From Roseibacillus sp. (GTDB lineage: Bacteria > Verrucomicrobiota > Verrucomicrobiia > Verrucomicrobiales > Akkermansiaceae): a stretch of 64,000 nt of DNA. Both the position numbers and the translations under genes were made by a program. Shown here piece after piece: positions 40,850 through 49,699 of this stretch (position 1 is the first letter of the stretch; each line of letters opens with the position of its first letter). Below the pieces are notes generated by a model that searched no databases, was not told where the DNA came from, and was given only the letters and a program-made list of their open reading frames with translations. The stretch spans positions 256,001 through 320,000 of the forward strand of contig CBDEUM010000029.1 in the NCBI GenBank assembly GCA_965242925.1. The letters are read 5' to 3'.

Positions 40850-42259
40850 TCAGACCCCGAGCCCTCTGATTGGAAGAGCCTCGGAGATATACTGAGTGAG
40901 CTGTTCGGGGAGTTTGTCCGCCTCGCGGAGTTTTCCCATGTCAAAGAGCGTCCGCATGATCGTTCCCATCAGGTTCCGGGGGCCAAACCCTTCGGTGGCT
41001 GGTTCCGCGGCGATGTTGTCCGACTCTCCGATGACCTGTCCCATGTGGAGTCCTCCCCCGGCGAGGAGGAGGCTGGTGAGCTTCCCATAGTGGTCGCGCC
41101 CGCCATTTTTGCTGAGTTTCGGGGTTCTTCCCATCTCGCTGGTGACCACGAGGAGGACATCATCGCTCAGGCCCCGCTGAGCGAGATCCTCAATGAAGGC
41201 GCTCACCGCGTGATCGACCTGGCCGCCCATGGGGTAGAGCCCCTCCATGTTCTTGGGGCTGTTGTTGTTGGCGTGGTAGTCCCACCCGCAGTCGGAAACC
41301 GTGACAAATCCCGCGCCCTGCTCCACGAGACGGCGGGCCATGAGCATCTGCAGGCCGAGAAGATTACTGGCCCGGCGCATGTCGTGCCAGCGCTGGAGCT
41401 TCTTCTGGTCGAAAAGGGGACGGGTGTCGTAGCGGGCCACCGTGCGGGGATCCTCCCCGGACAGGTCAAAGGCCTTGTCGATGCCGGCGGTGAGGACGTC
41501 GAAGGCCTGTTGCTGGACCCGGTCGGCTCCCTCGATCACCCCTGATTCGTCGGCCTGGCGGCGCAGGCTGTCGAGCTTGGAGAGGAGCGTCCGGCGATCG
41601 GTGAAGCGGTCCGGGTCGAGGGTTAGTTGCATGTCGTCGCGCAGGGGGCCCCCACCCGAGGGATTGAAGGCGCCATTCGGAGCCCCGAGTTTTCCGGGAG
41701 CGGCCACGGTGGGAAGGGCCTTGGTCTCGAAATTGCTCTCGAGCTTCAGGGTAGGATCGACGGCTTCGGGAAGAATGAGGGTGTTGTTGGGAATCGAGGC
41801 CGGTCCGAGGGGGCCTGCCACCTTGGAGTAGATCGCTCCCATCGAGGCCTCAAGGGGGTTGCCGGCGGTGGCGACCGATCCGTAGGTGTGCTGGCCGTTG
41901 TTGGACCCGTAGGAGCGGACCACGGAGAACTTGTCCGCCATCGCGGCCAGTTTGGGAAAGGTTGAGCCGAAGGTGATCCCGGGGAGCTTGGTCTTGATCT
42001 CCCCGGTGATGCTGCGCACCTCCCGCGGAGCGGTCATCTTCGGATCGAAGAATTCAATATGGGGTGCCCCCCCGTGGAGGAAGAGCAGGACCACCGATTT
42101 GCCCCGGAGCACCCCGGGGGTCCCGGCCGCGGCGGCCTTGGTGGCGAGGAGACCCGGAAGCCCCAGTCCGGCCAGGCCGAGGGAACCGACCTGCAGGAAG
42201 TCCCGCCGGGAATAGCCCGCGCAGGTCCGGTTCAGGGAGGGGTCGGAGATACGGATCAT
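40850..42259 (-). CDS. DUF1501 domain protein, Tat-exported
   Basis: SRRDFLQVG, GG..H.E.FDPK, MARRLVEQG, WDYH, EMGRTPK, GGRDH. Confidence 0.92.
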   Translation of the reverse strand: MIRISDPSLNRTCAGYSRRDFLQVGSLGLAGLGLPGLLATKAAAAGTPGVLRGKSVVLLFLHGGAPHIEFFDPKMTAPREVRSITGEIKTKLPGITFGSTFPKLAAMADKFSVVRSYGSNNGQHTYGSVATAGNPLEASMGAIYSKVAGPLGPASIPNNTLILPEAVDPTLKLESNFETKALPTVAAPGKLGAPNGAFNPSGGGPLRDDMQLTLDPDRFTDRRTLLSKLDSLRRQADESGVIEGADRVQQQAFDVLTAGIDKAFDLSGEDPRTVARYDTRPLFDQKKLQRWHDMRRASNLLGLQMLMARRLVEQGAGFVTVSDCGWDYHANNNSPKNMEGLYPMGGQVDHAVSAFIEDLAQRGLSDDVLLVVTSEMGRTPKLSKNGGRDHYGKLTSLLLAGGGLHMGQVIGESDNIAAEPATEGFGPRNLMGTIMRTLFDMGKLREADKLPEQLTQYISEALPIRGLGV

Positions 42260-42399
42260 GTCAGAAGGAACGTAAAGCCGCTGCCTTTTCTATCCCTTGC
42301 GGGAATCGCTTTCATTAATACACGATTCGATCTCCGGGAGAAAGGCTGAAAATGGATGGGCAGGACCGGTCCTATGTCACTTTTCGTTGCGCTCCAAAC

Positions 42400-42428
42400 T
42401 TGCTCTTAAGGCCGGTTTGTGCTATGCT
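42400..42428 (+). promoter_or_regulatory. Sigma70-like promoter
   Basis: TTGCTC-N17-TATGCT with an extended -10 TG; predicted TSS about 42435, at the first base of the riboswitch. Confidence 0.6.
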
Positions 42429-42435
42429 TCCGGCA

Positions 42436-42557
42436 GCATTCAGAGTGGTTCTGCCAGCCGAGAGGTGAAGGAACCCGGCAACCTGTCGCGGAGACGACAA
42501 GGTGCCTGTGCCAGCTGGCACGATGCGCGGCCCGAAAGGGCTGAACGAAGGTCTCCC
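42436..42557 (+). promoter_or_regulatory. SAM riboswitch, SAM-I/IV-variant-like
   Basis: P1 GCATT/GATGC with CAGAG; P2 GGTTC/GAACC; core GGCAACC..GGTGCC; P3 TGTCG/CGACA; P4 GTGCC-AGCT-GGCAC; P5 GGCCC-GAAA-GGGCT; pseudoknot of L3 GGAGAC with GTCTCC (42551-56). Confidence 0.8.
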
Positions 42558-42630
42558 TGCCCCGCTCGGGGGCGTTCGTTCAGCTCGGCCGTGGCTCCGG
42601 GTGCTTCTCCACCGGAAAGGAACCAGCATC

Positions 42631-42864
42631 ATGAGCCAAACAGCAAGCAAACCAGCCGTCCACCTCGTCAGCAAGACACGGGGCTCCCATCCCAATCACC
42701 ACCTCACCAACAACAATGGAACGTGGTGGTGCCAGATCACCATTCACCAGGGTCCGTTCTCGAGGCGGCTCCGCTTCTCCCTTGGAACGGGGGAATTGGA
42801 GCGGGCCCGCGCCCTCCGGGACCGGGTCTTTGACAATCTCACTTCCGGGGTCCGGGCGGCCTGA
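42631..42864 (+). CDS. 77-aa hypothetical protein downstream of the SAM riboswitch; possible nucleic-acid-binding fold
   Basis: GAAAGGAA RBS; NHHLTNNNGTWWC..RRLRFSLGT.ELERARALRD. Confidence 0.75.
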   Translation: MSQTASKPAVHLVSKTRGSHPNHHLTNNNGTWWCQITIHQGPFSRRLRFSLGTGELERARALRDRVFDNLTSGVRAA

Positions 42865-42905
42865 TGAACCACGTCCCTCTGCCACGAACTGGAAACTGAA
42901 AACGG

Positions 42906-43118
42906 ATGAACGGGAAAGAGAATAACACGCCCTCGCCTCAAGCGGGGAAGAAGGATGCGACGACCGGGGGGCTGCCCCCGATTCCGAGGGGATCTCTTCC
43001 CTCTCTCCCTGATTCACACCCGCTGTTCAAACGGGGCTTCGTGATCGGCGGGAGAGGGTTCAACCGGCAGGGGACCAAAAAGGACCCCAGGCAGCAGGGC
43101 GGTCGGGGTCACCGTTGA
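42906..43118 (+). CDS. Possible small hypothetical protein
   Basis: 70-aa ORF co-oriented with the orphan gene; weak RBS; mostly low complexity. Confidence 0.3.
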   Translation: MNGKENNTPSPQAGKKDATTGGLPPIPRGSLPSLPDSHPLFKRGFVIGGRGFNRQGTKKDPRQQGGRGHR

Positions 43119-43280
43119 GAAACAGGAAACAATCAGTCAGATGGAATGTGGATATTTACCAGCAAGGGGCCTCCTGCTCCCATCTCCCTTGCCATTTGGC
43201 GGAGTGATGCCCTAGTTAGTCCTGCCCGCTCAAATCTCCGTGTGAGCCATTGAGCCCAATCAGCACCGACCACAAAACCC

Positions 43281-43724
43281 GTGAAAACTGCGAACTGAAT
43301 TTGTCCCCTTCCAGCCCTGACCTGTATCCTGTCCATGGCGGGTTCCATGGTCACGGCTGCGCCGGATGGAAACCGGCTGGTGCACCTCGATGAACCGAAC
43401 AATCCGTGGCAGTTCCACCGCCACCCGACCCTCGAAGTCCCAGATCAACGTCACGCCTTGGCCCGTGGCCGTCATCACAACCGCGAAGGCGGCGAGCAGG
43501 GCCACGCCAGGGCTCAGTTTGCTTTCGGCCAGGCCTGCGCCGCGGGCAGCGGAATTCCCCGCAACATCGCGGAAGCCCTCAAGTGGCTCACCCTCGCGGT
43601 CAACTCGGGATACGGATCAGCCGCTGACGATGAACTCGCCGCCCTCAAGGCCAAGGCCTCACCGGCCGAGATCGCCGAGGGCCGGAAGCTCTCCGGCGAG
43701 TGGAAGCAGAAGGCCCCGGAGTAG
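43281..43724 (+). pseudogene. Chimeric relic: secreted-protein N-terminus + antisense CotH piece + Sel1-repeat C-terminus
   Basis: 43380-43421 is identical to 52201-52242; 43413-43499 is near-identical to 48530-48616; then EQGHARAQF..EALKWL (Sel1); in-frame TGA at 43296. Confidence 0.8.
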
Positions 43725-43897
43725 GCTGGTGCACCCCGAGGATCTCACCCGCAAGAAAGCCATCGAGATCGTCACCAAGATCCTTTCCCCCCAAGCAAAC
43801 CGGCGCATCTTGCTGCACTTTGGCTGCAGTTCAGACCCTTCGCCCCTGAAAATCAACGATCTAGGCCTACCGGTCCAATGGCCAAACCCGAACATCC

Positions 43898-46800
43898 TTA
43901 CGGGGCGGGGCTTGGGCGACCCGTGACGTTCAGCCGGAGGAATTGTGTGTTCTGAACGCTGATCGGAGCGGTGGAACGCCAGGTTTCCAGGACGGTGCCG
44001 TCATTTTGGTTGTGGCGTGACACAAACGCGACTGCAGTTCCCCGGAGCCAGGTAACGAGATCCTCGGATTGCTCGACGTGGCAGATGACGTCGTCCGCGG
44101 CGAGGTTGCGTTCGAAGGTCATAGTGAGATAGCGATCCGTCCCACCGATCCCACCGATCCCACCGATCCCAGTATCGAAGGAGCCGATGCCGGGCGTCGG
44201 GAGTGGCGTGGTGATCGAAGTTCCCGCCAGGGCGTGTTCGAGAAAGTCGCTGAGTCCATCGTTATCGCTATCGGCGACGGGATCGCCTGCGAAGTCGATG
44301 GCGTCGGTGCTACCGGGATTTCCACCGACCGCCACGCTGGGCCGCCAACTAAATGGATCGTTGTGATCCGGGTTGCTACGGGGGGCGATGAGCACCAGAC
44401 TGAAGCCGACCCCGTCGGCGCTCTCGGGCCACGGAAACTTGTCGTCATAAGTGAAAGACTGAACCACGGTGGTCCCATCCCCACCGAGGATCGTAATCGT
44501 CTCGCCTTCGTTGGCCAGATTTCCAGCATACTCTCCATGCGGCGCAAAGCCGTAGCGTTCTGTGAAGGCGGCGGCGTTTTTCGCGAGGACGAGACGCCCC
44601 TGCGGAAGCAGCGTGGTCCCGAGCGGAAAACCGAAATCGATCCCAGCCGAGAAGGAAAGCAGGGAGAGATCGATCGGACCATTGCTGATGTTCATCAATT
44701 CGAGAAACTCGTAGCCCTTTCGTTCCTGACCAACGAGGGCCTCGGCCGGAGTCTGCGGAGGGAGCGGATGGTGGTTGATCTCGCTGACCACGAGGTTGCT
44801 CGCATCGGCGGGAGTTCCCACAATAAGGGGAGCCTCCACCAAAGCGCTCCAAGTAGTTCCATCCAGGACCCGCGCCCGCAGCAGCGCCGAGGTCGAGGGC
44901 CTGAAGGGAGCGGTGTAGAGTTGCGCAGTCGCGGAGGTTCCGGTGGCACTGGTAGCATTGGATACCAGCTGTGGCAGAACCAACATGTCGTTGCTTGCCG
45001 CGGAGTCGTTCATGGCGTGAATCGCCAGCACATTGTTTCCGAGCTGCAGCCCCCCTTTGTGAGCGGAAATGTCGAAGGGCTGGAAGGCGGTGGCCTGCCG
45101 GTCGATTCGGTCGGAGGTCGCCTCCGATTGCCAGTCCAGTACGCCCGGCTCGTTCTCAGCGGCGACTCGCGTCCCGTTCAAGTAGGCCACAAATCCCGAA
45201 TCGTACTTCATGTTCAGCGTAAGGCTGTCGATGTGGTCGAGGGTGGCCTGGTTGGCGATGGTGAAGGGGATTCGCACATAGACCGAGGCGGTGGCATCCA
45301 TCATCTCGGGGACGTAGTGATTAATGAGATCCTCAAAGGCATCCGGAACTTGTTCGAAGCCCACTCCAGTGCTGCCTGACTTCCACACGGCCAGGTTGAA
45401 CGGATCGGCCAGTCCGGTCCACTGCGCGGGGATGAGGGCTGAACCGCCGTTCGCCACCGAGGGGACGAGGGCGCGGACATCTGGAGCAAATTCAGAGAGC
45501 AGCACCACCTCCTCGTTGGAGGTGTTCGACCTGCGCGGGTCCGTGTCGTCGGTCGTGAAATAGATGGCGCCGGAAGCCGGAGCCGTAAACCCAACCAGCG
45601 TATCGCCGACGGTCCCCCCGTGCCGAGGCACACCGTCGACGCGAATCTCGGGTGGAGCGAGATCGGGATAGAGGCCAAGCGCACGGAGCTGATTCAAAAC
45701 AACTCCCGTGCGCTGGGGAAAGTAGGACCGCAACAGGCGGTCGCGCTCGGGGATCCAGTGGTCGTCGCGCGTGTACAAATGATAGGGTCCCCGCAGGATC
45801 GAGTTGACGTCACGCCGGTAGTCGCCCCAGCGCGCCGACTCCGCAACCACCGCAAGCTCAATCTCAGCGGCCAGCGCCGCGTAGCGCGCCGCGGCGACCT
45901 CGGGTAGCAGCACGCCGTCGTTGAAGAAGTGCCACTGAATGCGGTCTGCAACCATGAGGCGGAACTCTTCGTTGCCGCGCAGGCGGTGGAACAGATGAGC
46001 GGGCGAAGTCGGGTGGTTAGCTCCCGTGACGTTGATGCCGACAGTTTCCATCGAGGCCTCGGCGTCCCAGGTGAAGAACCGATACTTGCCGGGAGGTTCG
46101 CGGCGGCGGGCGGCGGTCCAATTGCTGCCCGGCCAATCGTTGTTCCCGATCCAGAAGTTGATCAACATGTAGTCGATCAGGTTGGTCAGATCGAGCGCCT
46201 CGCTAATCGCCTGGAGCTCTTCCGGTGAGGAGACGCCGCTGTTTACCAAGTCGACCAGGGCGTTGTAGGAGTTCGCGCTGCCGTCTTGGACTTCGATCCG
46301 CCCGACATCGAGATTGACGACATCCCAGTCCTCCTCGTTGCCGCCGAGGATCTCCGCGAGCCAAGATGCGCGGATTCGCTCGATTGGGTTGTAAAGGCCC
46401 CAATAGTGACCGTTGATGTAGAGGTGGGCAAAGTTGCTCCTGACCGAAGTCTGCCCCATCAGGCCGAAGGTGTCGTGGACGAACTTGTCGATGACGTACT
46501 GAGCCTGCGGCCGTGGCGCGCCGACGCCCCAGGCGCCGTCGTGGATCCATGCGTCGAGGTATCCGGAGCGCAGACTGAAGGTGTCGTAGCGGTTGGTCGA
46601 CGAATCATCGAACATCTGGAACTCCAATTTGGCCGCGCCGTAAGCCTCTTTGAACAACAGGCGCAGGGAGTGCTTCGGCGACTTGTCGGGCTGTCGGCTG
46701 GCCCCGCCCTGGATGCGGATACCAGCGTCGACCTGGAACTCCCGTCCGCCCGCAGAGTTGAAATACTCGACCGACACCGGCCGCTCCCAATCCGGTCCAC

Positions 46801-48730
46801 GGTTCGCGTCGCTGCAGCAGTTACCGGGATTCGCGTAAATGCCGAAACTCGGGTCGAACAAGTCGCCCGCGTCCAGCACCAGGGAAATGGTCGGGATTGA
46901 CCGCAGGGCGTCACTCATGATGCCACTGAAGCGCGGATCTCTGGTGACCTCTGGGTCCATGCCGTAGTCCGCCCGGCCGCCGCCCACCCACGACGCGGGC
47001 AACGTAGGGGGCGTGTTGTCCTGGACGACGATATCCTCGATGAAGAAGTAGCTCTGCGTGTCGACGTTGGTCGGGCTCAGCCCTGTCTTGAATGCCATTG
47101 CGCGCAGGGTGGTTGTCGAGCTGATCTGGATCGGATCGGTGTAGCGGTTTCCATGGGTGTCGGACGGTGCGCTGCCATCGACCGTGAAGCGTACTCGCGC
47201 TCCGGGGGTGGCAGTCGTGATCTCCACCTGGATGGGCGTGTCGTAAAAGCCACCGTCGACGCTGAAGGTGGTGTCGCCGACGGATCCCTCAAAGCCGGGT
47301 TCGTTTGGGAGACCGGGAGTGGGCGGATCAAAGAAACCCCGCTCCAGCGCGACTCCGAAGAGTCCGTAAGAGACGTCGGGTTTCTGTTCCGGAAAGGCCG
47401 GCGAATACTCGCACGTGATACTCACACCGTCCGGCCTCACGAGCGCGAGATACTCGCCATCGCCATCCAGCCGGAAGTTGGTATGCAGCTGGCGTCCGGC
47501 CACCGCCCGGTCCTTGCCTGAGGCGAAGACCAGGACGTAGTCACCGCCATCCAGCAAGTGAGGCGGGAACCGCCACTTGGTGAGAAAGTTCGGGTCGTCA
47601 GTGAGATGCCAGCCGTCCAAGTCGATCTCACTACTGGCGGTATTGCAGATTTCGATCCAATCCGTATTCTCGCCATCTTCGTCGAGCAAGGAGTCATCGT
47701 TGATGGCAAGAAACTCGGTGATGGTAAGAGTCTCTCCTGCGATTACGAAGGTAGTGGCCGTAGCGGTCCCCTCCGCGTTGGTGGCGATCAGGGTGTAGGT
47801 GGTGGTGACGAGCGGGTTAACTACCACGCTGGACTGTCCGGTCACGTCACCGACATCGGGGGTGACGGCGGTCGAGGGAATGCCGCCCAGCGGATCGACG
47901 ATGGTCCAGGAAAGCGTCACGGGCGTCCCGGCCATGATGCTCTGCGAACTCGCCGTGAACGAGATGATTTCGGGAATTGCGGGAAGACCGGCATTCTGCA
48001 CCACGATGTTGTCGACCGAGACCGTGCCCCAGCCGCGGGTGGTGCCGTCCACAACGCGCAAGTATACTCCACGTTGTCCGGTGATTCCAGCCGCCTGCAG
48101 TTCCGGGTTCGTCCAGGCGCGGTGGTGCAGAAAGCCGCCTCCCAGGCTCTCCGAAATAATGACATCTCCAGTTTCGGCATCATGCAGGAACAGTCCGTTG
48201 GGTGGCGCACCCCCGCCAAGGTCCATCGTGAAGGAACTGGTCTCGTCGATGAGGAAGGTGTCACTGATGAACTCCCCCATGTCGCCGTCTCCGTGTTTGA
48301 AGTGCGCGGCGCCGTTGAAACCCCAGTCCGCTCGAAGGAGCCACTCGTTCAGTGGGTGGGCACCGGGCGTGTCGGTGATGAGGCTCTCATCATCGATGGC
48401 GTTGTAGCGGACCGGGTTGCTGGGGACTCCTTCCTCGAACCGATCAAAGCTGTCACCACCCCCGGGGGTGGTGAGATGAAACTTGAGGGCTCCGCTCGTA
48501 TCGTAGAGCCGATCCTGCACCGGGTCGTTTTCCACCGCCACCCGACCCTCGAAGTCCCAGATCAACGTCACGCCTTGGCCCGTGGTCGTCATCGCGACCG
48601 CGAAGGCGACAAGCAGCCTCACATGATGGAGCAACAGACACACAGCTGATAGAGGGGGTATGCCGCACTGCGGGTCGAGCCACGGCATCGTTTGGGCCTT
48701 TATATAAGGCGCGTTCCGCGGCCAGAGCAA
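43898..48730 (-). CDS. Large secreted CotH kinase-family protein with lamin-tail and Ig/Fn3-like domains
   Basis: LTD motifs ITEF..DWIEI.N and VSEINHHP..EFLEL.N; CotH motifs KHSLRL, LYING.YWGLY..ER, N.DWP, WDAE; true start may be GTG 48622. Confidence 0.88.
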   Translation of the reverse strand: MLWPRNAPYIKAQTMPWLDPQCGIPPLSAVCLLLHHVRLLVAFAVAMTTTGQGVTLIWDFEGRVAVENDPVQDRLYDTSGALKFHLTTPGGGDSFDRFEEGVPSNPVRYNAIDDESLITDTPGAHPLNEWLLRADWGFNGAAHFKHGDGDMGEFISDTFLIDETSSFTMDLGGGAPPNGLFLHDAETGDVIISESLGGGFLHHRAWTNPELQAAGITGQRGVYLRVVDGTTRGWGTVSVDNIVVQNAGLPAIPEIISFTASSQSIMAGTPVTLSWTIVDPLGGIPSTAVTPDVGDVTGQSSVVVNPLVTTTYTLIATNAEGTATATTFVIAGETLTITEFLAINDDSLLDEDGENTDWIEICNTASSEIDLDGWHLTDDPNFLTKWRFPPHLLDGGDYVLVFASGKDRAVAGRQLHTNFRLDGDGEYLALVRPDGVSITCEYSPAFPEQKPDVSYGLFGVALERGFFDPPTPGLPNEPGFEGSVGDTTFSVDGGFYDTPIQVEITTATPGARVRFTVDGSAPSDTHGNRYTDPIQISSTTTLRAMAFKTGLSPTNVDTQSYFFIEDIVVQDNTPPTLPASWVGGGRADYGMDPEVTRDPRFSGIMSDALRSIPTISLVLDAGDLFDPSFGIYANPGNCCSDANRGPDWERPVSVEYFNSAGGREFQVDAGIRIQGGASRQPDKSPKHSLRLLFKEAYGAAKLEFQMFDDSSTNRYDTFSLRSGYLDAWIHDGAWGVGAPRPQAQYVIDKFVHDTFGLMGQTSVRSNFAHLYINGHYWGLYNPIERIRASWLAEILGGNEEDWDVVNLDVGRIEVQDGSANSYNALVDLVNSGVSSPEELQAISEALDLTNLIDYMLINFWIGNNDWPGSNWTAARRREPPGKYRFFTWDAEASMETVGINVTGANHPTSPAHLFHRLRGNEEFRLMVADRIQWHFFNDGVLLPEVAAARYAALAAEIELAVVAESARWGDYRRDVNSILRGPYHLYTRDDHWIPERDRLLRSYFPQRTGVVLNQLRALGLYPDLAPPEIRVDGVPRHGGTVGDTLVGFTAPASGAIYFTTDDTDPRRSNTSNEEVVLLSEFAPDVRALVPSVANGGSALIPAQWTGLADPFNLAVWKSGSTGVGFEQVPDAFEDLINHYVPEMMDATASVYVRIPFTIANQATLDHIDSLTLNMKYDSGFVAYLNGTRVAAENEPGVLDWQSEATSDRIDRQATAFQPFDISAHKGGLQLGNNVLAIHAMNDSAASNDMLVLPQLVSNATSATGTSATAQLYTAPFRPSTSALLRARVLDGTTWSALVEAPLIVGTPADASNLVVSEINHHPLPPQTPAEALVGQERKGYEFLELMNISNGPIDLSLLSFSAGIDFGFPLGTTLLPQGRLVLAKNAAAFTERYGFAPHGEYAGNLANEGETITILGGDGTTVVQSFTYDDKFPWPESADGVGFSLVLIAPRSNPDHNDPFSWRPSVAVGGNPGSTDAIDFAGDPVADSDNDGLSDFLEHALAGTSITTPLPTPGIGSFDTGIGGIGGIGGTDRYLTMTFERNLAADDVICHVEQSEDLVTWLRGTAVAFVSRHNQNDGTVLETWRSTAPISVQNTQFLRLNVTGRPSPAP

Positions 48731-48791
48731 ACCATTATCGGGCTCCCTCTTTCTTGCACCTAACAGGAAGGAAAATTTATCTGCAATTTCC

Positions 48792-48821
48792 TTGCGACTC
48801 CGTGTGCCTCGTTCCTATGAT
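48792..48821 (+). promoter_or_regulatory. Candidate sigma70 promoter for the PEP-CTERM gene
   Basis: TTGCGA-N18-TATGAT in an AT-rich divergent intergenic region. Confidence 0.4.
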
Positions 48822-48891
48822 ATTTTAAATATATCTCGTTCTCGAGACTCGCCGACCCGCTAACTGCCAACATCCAAAATACACAACGAAA

Positions 48892-49578
48892 ATGAGTCAC
48901 ACGAACCTCAACACTCGCCGCAGCTTTCGCAATCTTGCCGGAACCGCCGCCCTTACCTTCTGCCTAGGCCTCGCGCCACAGGCCTTCGGAGCCAACACCA
49001 TCATCGACATCGTCGATGGGGTGGTCACCCCCGGCCCCCAGCGTACCGCTAATGGCAGCGAGCACTTCCTCGCCTGGGACGGCGATGTAAACACAAGGAC
49101 CTTCTCCACCAATTCCGGGACCCAGACCGTGCCCCAGCACACACGCCTGGATTTCGAGGGGGGGGGGCATTTGCTGGGTCTCGTTCGCATCAACGACCAA
49201 GCGGGAAATGACAACAACGGCCGCATGCAGCAGATCAGCCTCTCGTTTACGACCGACACCGACTCCGACCTGAACGCCCGAAATTACACGGCGGTCACCA
49301 ACCTCATCTTGACCCAGTTCACCGGCGACGATCCCGTCGGCCCGAACCTCAACATCTCCGGCAACACCATTGAGCACCTCGACACCGCCCACGACGGATT
49401 CTATTCCGTTACCTTCGATCCCGTTCCCAATGCCACCGGAATCGAGTTCGAATGGGAGAACGAAGGCCCCTTCAAACACTGGACCATCCGCGAACTCGAA
49501 GCTTACGCCGTCCCCGAGCCCTCCACCGCGCTGCTCGGCCTCCTGGGCCTGACCCTTCTGGCCCGTCGGCGTCGCTAG
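48892..49578 (+). CDS. PEP-CTERM surface protein with one copy of an unrecognised ~160-aa domain
   Basis: Signal peptide; C-terminal VPEPSTALLGLLGLTLLARRRR. Confidence 0.92.
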   Translation: MSHTNLNTRRSFRNLAGTAALTFCLGLAPQAFGANTIIDIVDGVVTPGPQRTANGSEHFLAWDGDVNTRTFSTNSGTQTVPQHTRLDFEGGGHLLGLVRINDQAGNDNNGRMQQISLSFTTDTDSDLNARNYTAVTNLILTQFTGDDPVGPNLNISGNTIEHLDTAHDGFYSVTFDPVPNATGIEFEWENEGPFKHWTIRELEAYAVPEPSTALLGLLGLTLLARRRR

Positions 49579-49699
49579 ACGACGGCGTCTCCGGACCCCG
49601 GCAAGCCCTGATCGTTCGTGGGATCAGGGCTCGCCGTCTGGAGCCCGCCTTCCTTGGATTCATGTGCGTCCATACTCTCAAAATAAGAAAGAGGATCCC

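Noticed and set aside
43296..43298. In-frame TGA as possible selenocysteine
   Set aside because: Lies in a signal-peptide-like part of a relic; no SECIS-like or redox context
44141..44170. 9-bp tandem repeat x3 (GIGGIGGIGG)
   Set aside because: In-frame slippage in a linker; not a CRISPR or regulatory array
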